Sequence record: SRR20825019_236
Length of the DNA: 46,637 bases
Reading direction: 5' to 3' (one strand)
Shown here: in pieces, positions 39,027 to 46,637 of the stretch
Layout of the letters: every line of letters starts with the position of its first letter
Numbering within the stretch: position 1 is the stretch's first letter
The notes under the pieces: model-generated
Seen by the model: the letters and a program-made list of their open reading frames with translations, nothing else
What the model was told of the DNA's origin: nothing
Databases searched by the model: none
Made by a program: the position numbers and the translations under genes

Positions 39027-40204
39027 CAGCCTTTTTTAACAGCGAACTTAGCCAACAGCAGTTTCTGACTCAGTATTGGCAGAAGAAACCTTTACTGATT
39101 CGCCAGGCCTTACCCGGTTTTGACCCGATCCTGAGCATTGATGAACTGGCAGGGCTTGCCTGTGAAGAGGAAGTCGAATCCCGCCTTATCCAGGAAACCG
39201 GTGAAACGGGTCCCTGGCAATGCCGTCACGGTCCATTCAATGAAACTGTTTTTGCCAGTTTGCCTGAATCACATTGGACCTTGCTGGTTCAGGATGTAGA
39301 TAAACATGTGCCCGAACTGGCGCCGATTATGCGGCGCTTTAACTTTATTCCGGAATGGCGCCGGGATGATTTGATGGTCAGTTTTGCACCGGTTGGTGGC
39401 AGTGTCGGTCCTCACACTGACGGCTATGATGTCTTTCTGCTACAGGCGATGGGGACGCGTCGCTGGCAAATCAGTCATTCACCGTTGCAGGAAGCCGAAT
39501 ATATTGATGGCCTGGATTTAAAAATTTTGCGGCAGTTCAACCCCGATGAAAGCTGGGATCTGCAACCGGGGGACATGCTTTATCTGCCGCCACATTTTGC
39601 TCACCATGGTGTCGCCCTGAACGATTGTATGACTTTTTCGATTGGTTTCCGGGCTCCGACGCAGCTGGATATGCTGGATGCATTTATGCAGACCCTGACT
39701 GAACAGGACGGTGGTCAGCAGCGCTATCGTGACCCGGGGCTTCAGGTGGCTGACGATGACAAGCATGTTGATACCGCCGCGCTGAATCGCTTCAAACAGA
39801 GCCTGATGAACGTGATTGAGCAGTCGGATAACGGGATTAGCGATGCCGTCGGAAGATTGCTGACCGAAACCAAACCCAGTTTGGAGTGGCTTGCCGATCT
39901 GAGCAGCAGCGAACCGCTGGATGAGGTCGCCCTGAGTGAGAAAATGCTGGCGGGGGAACAGCTGGTGCGAAATGCCTATATCCGTCTTGTGTGGCTGGAG
40001 ACGGAGACCCATTTCAGAATTTATGCTGCCGGTGAAGGCGTTAGCATTGACAAACAAGCAACCGAGGCCCTGTCACTGTTAACCGGCGATAAGCCTATTG
40101 CTCTTGGGCAGTTGAAAACACTGCGTGAACAGCCGTCAGCCATGCCGGCGCTTTGCGCATTGCTGGGCCTCGGAGCATGGCGCTGGGGTGAAGCTGACGA
40201 TTAA
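39023..40204 (+). CDS. roxA: JmjC/cupin ribosomal protein uL16 hydroxylase
   Basis: YWQKKPLLIR, WRRDD, GPHTD, PGDMLYLPP..AHHG, SIGFRAP. Confidence 0.85.
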   Translation: MTAFFNSELSQQQFLTQYWQKKPLLIRQALPGFDPILSIDELAGLACEEEVESRLIQETGETGPWQCRHGPFNETVFASLPESHWTLLVQDVDKHVPELAPIMRRFNFIPEWRRDDLMVSFAPVGGSVGPHTDGYDVFLLQAMGTRRWQISHSPLQEAEYIDGLDLKILRQFNPDESWDLQPGDMLYLPPHFAHHGVALNDCMTFSIGFRAPTQLDMLDAFMQTLTEQDGGQQRYRDPGLQVADDDKHVDTAALNRFKQSLMNVIEQSDNGISDAVGRLLTETKPSLEWLADLSSSEPLDEVALSEKMLAGEQLVRNAYIRLVWLETETHFRIYAAGEGVSIDKQATEALSLLTGDKPIALGQLKTLREQPSAMPALCALLGLGAWRWGEADD

Positions 40205-40212
40205 GCCTTAGC

Positions 40213-40728
40213 TCAGACTTTACGTGCGCGCTTGAATACGGTTTTATGGCATTTCGGGCAGGGCGGGATTCTGCTGGTTTTCTTGAAATGCATTTCGCAG
40301 CCGCAATCAGTACAAACCAGGGTGCCGATAGCCGCTATCTCGCCAGTATGATACTCCTGCGACCATTTGGCCTGGCTGGCAAGCCGGTTCCATTCCAGCC
40401 GGGTTTTATCCGCCGCACGGGCGAATAATTCCAGCATGCGTTCCTCGACGAGGCGTAGATCAAAGCTGAACCAGTTGGATAGTTCCTTTCCTGTTTTGTC
40501 CAGATAATCTGCGGCTTCATGCAGATCGCGTTTAACGTAGGCGGCCACTTTGTCCGCTTCTTCGGCGCTTAGCTCTCGCAGCTCCACCGCCCGATGCCGG
40601 GCTCTGTCGATGTTGCGCTGCAGGGTGGGCATGGCCTGTTCTTCGGCATCATCGAGCAGATCATGAACCCGCGCCATCATTTTGTCGTAAGCGTCGACCA
40701 GTTTTTTCTCGAAATTGTCCTGTTCCAT
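40213..40728 (-). CDS. Zinc-ribbon protein (DUF1451-like)
   Basis: YHTGE...CTDC...CPKC C-terminus; YVKRDL, DKT..EW. Confidence 0.8.
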   Translation of the reverse strand: MEQDNFEKKLVDAYDKMMARVHDLLDDAEEQAMPTLQRNIDRARHRAVELRELSAEEADKVAAYVKRDLHEAADYLDKTGKELSNWFSFDLRLVEERMLELFARAADKTRLEWNRLASQAKWSQEYHTGEIAAIGTLVCTDCGCEMHFKKTSRIPPCPKCHKTVFKRARKV

Positions 40729-40799
40729 CGCATTACTCCTTTAAACGTCAGGCTTTTTAAGATAACTTAGCACAAATCAATGCATCCAAGGGGGCCATT

Positions 40800-41303
40800 T
40801 TGAACACATTTCGCGGGGTTTTTCTGGCTGGCTTTCTGGCCTGTCTGAGCATGCTGCTAATCGCCGGCTATTTCCAGTTTATTGAACATCTGGATCCTTG
40901 TCCGCTCTGCATTCTGCAGCGGGTCATGGTACTGGTGGTTGGAGTGGTTTTCCTACTGGGGGCGATGCACAACCCTGTGAATACCGGCCGACGAATCTAT
41001 GGCTTTCTGGTTGTTTTGTTTGCCGGTGTCGGTGCTGCGATTGCCGGGCGTCATGTCTGGCTGCAGCAGTTACCCGCCGATCAGGTGCCAACCTGCGGCC
41101 CGGGGCTCAACTTTATTGTCGAGAATTTCCCGCTCAATCAGGCGATTGATATGGTGCTGAGAGGCTCAGGAGAATGCGCCGACGTGATGTGGACATTCCT
41201 GGGCCTGAGCATTCCCGGCTGGACGCTGGTGGCGTTTGTGGTGATGATTGTAGTGGGGCTAAGCCAGCTGTTCGGCAAACACAAGCAACCCGATTTCATT
41301 TGA
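40800..41303 (+). CDS. dsbB: Disulfide bond formation protein B
   Basis: PCPLCILQR, CGPGL, GSGEC. Confidence 0.95.
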   Translation: MNTFRGVFLAGFLACLSMLLIAGYFQFIEHLDPCPLCILQRVMVLVVGVVFLLGAMHNPVNTGRRIYGFLVVLFAGVGAAIAGRHVWLQQLPADQVPTCGPGLNFIVENFPLNQAIDMVLRGSGECADVMWTFLGLSIPGWTLVAFVVMIVVGLSQLFGKHKQPDFI

Positions 41304-41376
41304 TGTCGGTCTGAGCCGGTTGAGGTTGTCGGCGGCGTGGGAGCGGCGATAATGCCATGCGACGCATGGCTGCCAA

Positions 41377-41595
41377 TTAGCGTGCGCGGTAGACGATGCG
41401 GCCTTTGCTCAGGTCGTAAGGGGTAAGCTGAACAGTCACTTTATCGCCAGTCAGAATGCGGATGTAGTTTTTACGCATTTTGCCGGAGATGTGGGCTGTG
41501 ACTACGTGCCCGTTTTCCAGTTCAACACGGAACGTCGTGTTAGGCATGGTATCGATGACTGTGCCTTCAAATTCAATATGATCTTCTTTTGCCAT
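41377..41595 (-). CDS. infA: Translation initiation factor IF-1
   Basis: MAKED..., [25 protein letters not shown]. Confidence 0.98.
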   Translation of the reverse strand: MAKEDHIEFEGTVIDTMPNTTFRVELENGHVVTAHISGKMRKNYIRILTGDKVTVQLTPYDLSKGRIVYRAR

Positions 41596-41647
41596 AAACT
41601 CTTAATGACCTTGGGTTAAAAAGATCATTTTGCCGTAATATCACTGA

Positions 41648-42352
41648 TTATTCAAAGCTTTTATCTAACTTGTGCCAATTTGACTGGTAGGCTTCGAGTG
41701 CGGAAAAGCGTGTTTTATAACGCATTTTGGGGCTTTCTTCGATCCAGTAACCCAGATAAAGCCATGACAGACCATAGTTTCTCGCCAGTTCTATCTGCTT
41801 GAGAATGGCGAAAGTGCCAAGACTCCGCTTGGGCATATCGGGCTCAAAAAAAGTATAAAAGGCCGAGGCACCATCATTGATGAAATCAGTGACTGCGACG
41901 GCAAGCAGTTTATCTTTCAGCCGGAACTCGATAAAAGCGGTATCGCACCAGCTACTGGTGAGGAAGTTAATGTAGCTATCGCTGCTGGGATTATCCATAC
42001 CACCGCCGGGATGCCGGCCTGCAAGGTAACGACGGTAGAGCTCGAAATGTTCATAGTTGAACTCGGCCGGTCGGACCCGCATGTCGACATCCCGGTTCTG
42101 TTTCAGGCAGCGCCGCTGACTGCGGTTGGGTTTGAACTCATGGAGGTTAATTCTGACCGGTACACAAGCTTCACAATCAGGGCAGAAAGGGCGATAAATA
42201 TGATCACCGCTGCGCCGGAAGCCATGCTGAATCAGGTGACTGTAGAGTGCTTTACTGGCTGGTTTATTGGGATCAGGATAGATATTTCTTGCCCGTCTCC
42301 CTTCCAGGTAGGAGCAGGCATGAGGTTGATCCTGAAAGAAGTCGAGACTCAT
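41648..42352 (-). CDS. bpt: Aspartate/glutamate leucyltransferase (ATE1-like)
   Basis: CSYL, GFRRSG, YRPFC..C.AC, SLGTF, YLGYWI...KM.YK. Confidence 0.9.
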   Translation of the reverse strand: MSLDFFQDQPHACSYLEGRRARNIYPDPNKPASKALYSHLIQHGFRRSGDHIYRPFCPDCEACVPVRINLHEFKPNRSQRRCLKQNRDVDMRVRPAEFNYEHFELYRRYLAGRHPGGGMDNPSSDSYINFLTSSWCDTAFIEFRLKDKLLAVAVTDFINDGASAFYTFFEPDMPKRSLGTFAILKQIELARNYGLSWLYLGYWIEESPKMRYKTRFSALEAYQSNWHKLDKSFE

Positions 42353-43071
42353 GAGCTTAACGGCAGATCCGGATCAATGTGCCAGGGTGCGTTGCGCCCG
42401 GGCTGATGACAAAGTTGCTGAAGATGACCGATGAATGCTTCCCGATCTATCTCTTCAGCGCCCATCCGAGCCAGATGGTCGGAATAGATCTGGCAATCGA
42501 TCAGCGGCATATCCCAACGATCAAGTTGCTGGCATAAAGTGACCAGAGCAATTTTTGAACTGTCAGTGACAAAACTGAACATGGATTCTCCGAAAAATGC
42601 TTTGCCAATTGCCACACCATAGAGACCACCCACCAGCCGGTTTTGTTGCCAGCATTCGACACTGTGGGCATAACCTAAAGCGTGCAGTTCATTGTAGGCT
42701 TTAATCATCTCCTCATGAATCCAGGTGCGGTTATCCGGATCGGTAGGCTGATGAGCTCTGGGGGCCGAGCAGGCCTGCATGACGCGCTCAAAAGCCTGAT
42801 CGAAAGTCACGGTGATTTCCTGTTTACGCAGCTGTCTTTTCAGGCTTTTACTAATATGTACGCTGTCGGTATAAAGCACCATGCGTGGATTGGGACACCA
42901 CCAGAGGATAGGATCGTTTTTATTGAACCAGGGGAAAATACCATGCCGATAGGCATCAAGCAGCCTTTCGGCAGATAAATCGCCGCCTGCTGCCAGTAGA
43001 CCATGCTCAGTCGCCTGTTCAACTGGCGGAAAGCGACTTTGTGATGTGGCCGCTAACCAAGTGATAGACAT
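42349..43071 (-). CDS. aat: Leucyl/phenylalanyl-tRNA--protein transferase
   Basis: GLLAAGGDL, GIFPW, AHSVE, FFGESMFS, IDCQ. Confidence 0.95.
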   Translation of the reverse strand: MSITWLAATSQSRFPPVEQATEHGLLAAGGDLSAERLLDAYRHGIFPWFNKNDPILWWCPNPRMVLYTDSVHISKSLKRQLRKQEITVTFDQAFERVMQACSAPRAHQPTDPDNRTWIHEEMIKAYNELHALGYAHSVECWQQNRLVGGLYGVAIGKAFFGESMFSFVTDSSKIALVTLCQQLDRWDMPLIDCQIYSDHLARMGAEEIDREAFIGHLQQLCHQPGRNAPWHIDPDLPLSS

Positions 43072-43075
43072 AAAA

Positions 43076-44257
43076 TCAATCTTGCAGTTGTAAGTTCAGT
43101 TCTTTAGCCCAGTTTATTGAATCCAGGTAGGTTCTGACCAGTACTTCTTTTGGTATAGGCGAGTGCTGTAGTGCCTGCCAGTGTCCGCGCTCGTATTCCA
43201 GCGTGTCGTGCAGGGCAAAGCCGGCCGGGCCTTTTTGTTCGATCAGCGCGGTTTTCAGTTCGACAGACAGCGGTAGCCGTTCAATGATTTGCGGCATGGG
43301 CCGATCCATTATCGCGTCCAGGGTCGAAAAGAGACCAGCTGCAAAAAAGGTATCGGACTGGCCTTTGTAGTATTTCGCCAGCAGTTCACACATGCGGGCC
43401 CGGGTCATCGCCACACTGCGTAGTTCATTGGGCTTATCGTCCATACCCGATAGACACAGCAGGCTGGCCCAGGTTTTGACCTTATTGATGCCCAGCATCA
43501 TCACCGCCTGCTTGGTGCTGTTCACTTCACGTGGCAATCCGAAAAAAGCCGAGTTGATCAAGCGAAGTAGTTTGTAGCTGAGACTGACATCCTGATTGAT
43601 GGTATCGGCCAGTTCATCCGGTTCGACATCCGGTTCCTGCAGTTTGACCAGCAGTTCCATCAGCGTCTGTTGCGAGGGACCGATAATCTTTTTATCACTG
43701 GCTTCAGGCAGGGTATAGAAAAAGCCCTGTAGCAAATCCAGATCATGACTTTTACAGAACTGGTACTGGTCCCCGGCGTTGACATTGGTGGCACAGAGCA
43801 CTTTGTGGCGCTGGCGCCATTGCGGTAAAAATTCTGACAGAAATTGGGGTTGAAACTGGTCCAGATCGATCAACAGCGTCTGGGTTCGCCCTTCTTTGTT
43901 GCTGTCAGCATTGCCGGCGAAGCTGAAAGTGCTATTTGTGAACTGGGGTAAATCAGCACCGTTGATATCCAGGGTCAGAGACATGCCGATGTTGGGCAGA
44001 TTCAGCAGCGCATTTTGCCACGATTCGGGAATGGTCAGCAGGGCCTTTTGCCGATGACTGATGGTTTGCAGAATGCCGGGGAGCTGTTCGATGAAGTCGG
44101 GGACTGGTAAATCATCATCCAGCTTGTTGCCGTCCAGACCGAGAAAAGAGAGATGATAGCTATCCACATCAAGCCGATTGGGAATGAACAGGGGCTGACG
44201 GTGAATGACGCCGGAAAAAGTCTTAAGCAACTCAAAAGGCGCAGCTTGTTGGGCCAT
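43076..44257 (-). CDS. Degenerate EAL + HDOD domain protein (YuxH-like)
   Basis: RQP, QGFF..P, DVSLSYKLLRLINSA, RARMCE, GLFSTLDA. Confidence 0.85.
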   Translation of the reverse strand: MAQQAAPFELLKTFSGVIHRQPLFIPNRLDVDSYHLSFLGLDGNKLDDDLPVPDFIEQLPGILQTISHRQKALLTIPESWQNALLNLPNIGMSLTLDINGADLPQFTNSTFSFAGNADSNKEGRTQTLLIDLDQFQPQFLSEFLPQWRQRHKVLCATNVNAGDQYQFCKSHDLDLLQGFFYTLPEASDKKIIGPSQQTLMELLVKLQEPDVEPDELADTINQDVSLSYKLLRLINSAFFGLPREVNSTKQAVMMLGINKVKTWASLLCLSGMDDKPNELRSVAMTRARMCELLAKYYKGQSDTFFAAGLFSTLDAIMDRPMPQIIERLPLSVELKTALIEQKGPAGFALHDTLEYERGHWQALQHSPIPKEVLVRTYLDSINWAKELNLQLQD

Positions 44258-44286
44258 AGGCGGATGCTCTCTTTGTTCAGTTTACC

Positions 44287-44886
44287 TCAAATCGATTCGC
44301 GACCTGAGAATGCATGAGACAGTGTACCACTGTCGATAAACTCAAGCTCTCCGCCTAACGGGATTCCGTGAGCCAGTCGAGTAACTTTAATCTGTCGTGC
44401 CCGGGCCAGTTCACTGATGTAGTGCGCTGTTGCCTCACCTTCAACGGTGGGGTTGGTTGCCAGGATCAGTTCCACCACCTGGCCTTCATCAAGCCATTCA
44501 GCCAGTCTGGGGATGCCCAGCGCTTCCGGGCCAATACCATCCAGTGGTGACAGGTGACCGGACAGCACAAAATACTGCCCCTGGTAATGGGTTGCCTGCT
44601 CGATAGCGAGGACATCACTGGGCATTTCTACTACGCAGATCATGTCCTGTTGCCGCCGTTCGTCTCGACAGCGGATACAGGTATCACTTTCGCACAGGAT
44701 GCGGCAGCGCTGACAATGGCGCACATTAGAGAGAGCATCCTGCAAGGCTCTGCCCAGCCGCTCAGCACCATCACGATTGCGCTCAAGCAGGTTGAATGTC
44801 ATGCGCTGAGCTGACTTCGGGCCAACGCCGGGCAAGCAGCGCAGGGCCTGAATCAGTTCATCAATGCTGGGGCCGAGACTCGCCAT
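44287..44886 (-). CDS. recR: Recombination mediator RecR
   Basis: LPGVGPKSAQR, C4 zinc finger, Toprim ATNPTVEGEATA. Confidence 0.97.
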   Translation of the reverse strand: MASLGPSIDELIQALRCLPGVGPKSAQRMTFNLLERNRDGAERLGRALQDALSNVRHCQRCRILCESDTCIRCRDERRQQDMICVVEMPSDVLAIEQATHYQGQYFVLSGHLSPLDGIGPEALGIPRLAEWLDEGQVVELILATNPTVEGEATAHYISELARARQIKVTRLAHGIPLGGELEFIDSGTLSHAFSGRESI

Positions 44887-44895
44887 AATGCCGCC

Positions 44896-45204
44896 TTAAA
44901 ACGGCATTTTCATGCCGGGTGGCATCATGCCTGACATCCGATCCTGGGTGGTTTTTTCCACCTGGCGGTTGGCATCATTGACCGCAGCCGCGATCAAATC
45001 TTCCAGCATGTCTTTATCGTCCTGGTACAGGCTATCTTCGATTTCGATACGTTTGACGTCGTGTTTACCAGTCATCGTGACCTTGACCATACCACCGCCG
45101 GCCTGACCGACGACTTCTATCTGGGCCAACTCCTGCTGGGCTTTTTCCATATTGGCCTGCATTTGCTGGGCCTGTTTCATCAGGTTGCCTAATCCACCTT
45201 TCAT
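44896..45204 (-). CDS. ybaB: Nucleoid-associated protein YbaB/EbfC
   Basis: [24 protein letters not shown]; between dnaX and recR. Confidence 0.95.
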   Translation of the reverse strand: MKGGLGNLMKQAQQMQANMEKAQQELAQIEVVGQAGGGMVKVTMTGKHDVKRIEIEDSLYQDDKDMLEDLIAAAVNDANRQVEKTTQDRMSGMMPPGMKMPF

Positions 45205-45218
45205 GGCGATTCCTCTTG

Positions 45219-46637
45219 TTAATCGACAGGTTTGATTGATTGATCAATTATACGGGCATTGAAGGTATTTTTGATGATTTCCACAGCGGGATCGTTGTAA
45301 ATAGCATCAATCGCCCGTTGCTGTTTTTCGGCGGCCTGTTCGGCACGTTCTACCGCCAGGGTCGGACCGGCCTCAATACGCTCTTTTGGATCGGCAAACA
45401 CCAGTTTGAGCTCCTGCCCGACCTTTTTTGACAGGGCGTCCTGCAGACGTTGCTTGGACTTGTCGGTAGCCAGATGACCGAGCTCAGAAGACAGGGACAG
45501 ATGCACGGCATGTTGCTCGGTGCGAATCAAAGCGCTGTTTTCAGCAAGCTGGCGGGTCAGGGCTGAGAGCTTTAACTCGGCAATAATCTGTGTCCAGTTA
45601 GCCGGCGATAAGTCCACTGAAATCAGGGTCTCAGCCGTGACGGGCTCGGCCTCTGCTGCTGCATCGGGAACTGGCGTCGCCGGTGCCGGCTCCGGATCAT
45701 TAGCCGCAAATGCAGCTTGTTGAGCCGTTTGCCGCTCTGGTTCAGGAGCGGATTGGGGCGACGCGCTTATCGTTTCTGGGGACGATACCGACGAGTCATC
45801 GGTTTCCTGTTTAGAGACGGCCTGTTTAAGTGCTTCCCTGGCCGAAGCCGGACTGACTTCAGGAGACACGGCCGGCGCAACCGGCGGTGAGGTCACGGCC
45901 GGTTTACTGGGTGAGGGCGACTTTTTTCGCGTTGGCTCCTCATTATCCGGCGAGGGCGGTGTGACAGGTTGGAAGCTCAACATTCTGAGCAGGGTCATCT
46001 CAAAGCCGCTCTGCGGATCGGCAGCCCAGGAAAGATCACGCTTGCCATTCAGTGCAATCTGATACAACAACTGCACGGTTTCTGGGTCGTATTGTTTTGC
46101 CAATTCTGCCAACTGCGGTGACAGGGCTTCGGGCATGTCCATATCCGGAACCAGTTGCAGTGTGGCGATTTGCTGTAAAGCGCTGAGTAGTAAGTCGAAC
46201 ACTACGTCGAAATCACGCCCCAGTGCTGCCAATTCGGCGGATTGCGCCAGCAGTGTTTGGCCATCCTGCTGTAACAGCGCTTGTAACAGTGTAGTGAGTT
46301 GATCCTGGCTGATACTGCCCAGCATCTGGAATACGATGTCACTGTTGACTTCGCCACCGCTGAAAGCGATAGCCTGGTCTAACAGGCTCAGGGCATCGCG
46401 CATGCTGCCGTCTGCGGCACGGGCGAGTTGTGTCAGTGCTTCCGTTTCAAACTGAATCTGTTCCTGCTGCAGGATAAAAGCCAGATGTTCGCTGATTTGC
46501 GTTAAATCCAGACGTCGCAGATTGAATTGCAGACAGCGCGACAAAATCGTCACCGGCAGCTTCTGCGGGTCGGTGGTAGCAAACAGGAATTTGACGTGCG
46601 GCGGCGGTTCTTCCAGCGTTTTCAGCAGCGCGTTGAA
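45219..46637 (-). CDS. dnaX: DNA polymerase III subunit gamma/tau (5' end outside window)
   Basis: [39 protein letters not shown], Pro-rich linker, tau C-domain. Confidence 0.97.
   Translation of the reverse strand, partial: FNALLKTLEEPPPHVKFLFATTDPQKLPVTILSRCLQFNLRRLDLTQISEHLAFILQQEQIQFETEALTQLARAADGSMRDALSLLDQAIAFSGGEVNSDIVFQMLGSISQDQLTTLLQALLQQDGQTLLAQSAELAALGRDFDVVFDLLLSALQQIATLQLVPDMDMPEALSPQLAELAKQYDPETVQLLYQIALNGKRDLSWAADPQSGFEMTLLRMLSFQPVTPPSPDNEEPTRKKSPSPSKPAVTSPPVAPAVSPEVSPASAREALKQAVSKQETDDSSVSSPETISASPQSAPEPERQTAQQAAFAANDPEPAPATPVPDAAAEAEPVTAETLISVDLSPANWTQIIAELKLSALTRQLAENSALIRTEQHAVHLSLSSELGHLATDKSKQRLQDALSKKVGQELKLVFADPKERIEAGPTLAVERAEQAAEKQQRAIDAIYNDPAVEIIKNTFNARIIDQSIKPVD
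45879..45941 (-). promoter_or_regulatory. Programmed -1 ribosomal frameshift signal in dnaX
   Basis: Internal SD GAGGAG (45941-45936), in-frame A_AAA_AAG (45927-45921), -1 stop TAA (45906-45904), hairpin 45904-45879. Confidence 0.75.

Overview
Chromosomal segment of a gammaproteobacterium. The gene order is reminiscent of marine Methylophaga-like genomes, but this is unverified. Most of the window is housekeeping: dnaX(partial)-ybaB-recR-HDOD-aat-bpt-infA, dsbB, roxA, qmcA/nfeD, hpt/MTI phosphorylase, a btuFCD-like ABC transporter, ldtD/mepK, trhO, ggt, tatD, moxR-DUF58-tgpA, tcdA, ybiO and cspA. Four things stand out. (1) An AT-rich island at about 6.68-9.3 kb reads as a decaying integron cassette array with no integrase in the window (CALIN). 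It has three degenerate attC sites, a half-site and a cassette pseudogene, and its cassettes resemble a PD-(D/E)XK nuclease, a HEPN-like protein and an Abi-like membrane protein, making it a candidate anti-phage array. (2) A sigma54 module has a histidine kinase and NtrC-type regulator divergent from a secreted DUF4168 protein, with a visible UAS-like palindrome, IHF site and -24/-12 promoter (zraP-zraSR-like layout). (3) dnaX carries an E. coli-type -1 frameshift signal. (4) A tandem CGTC-type REP doublet with an array of REP-end mini-repeats lies at the left edge. All product calls come from motif recognition by eye; no database searches were run.
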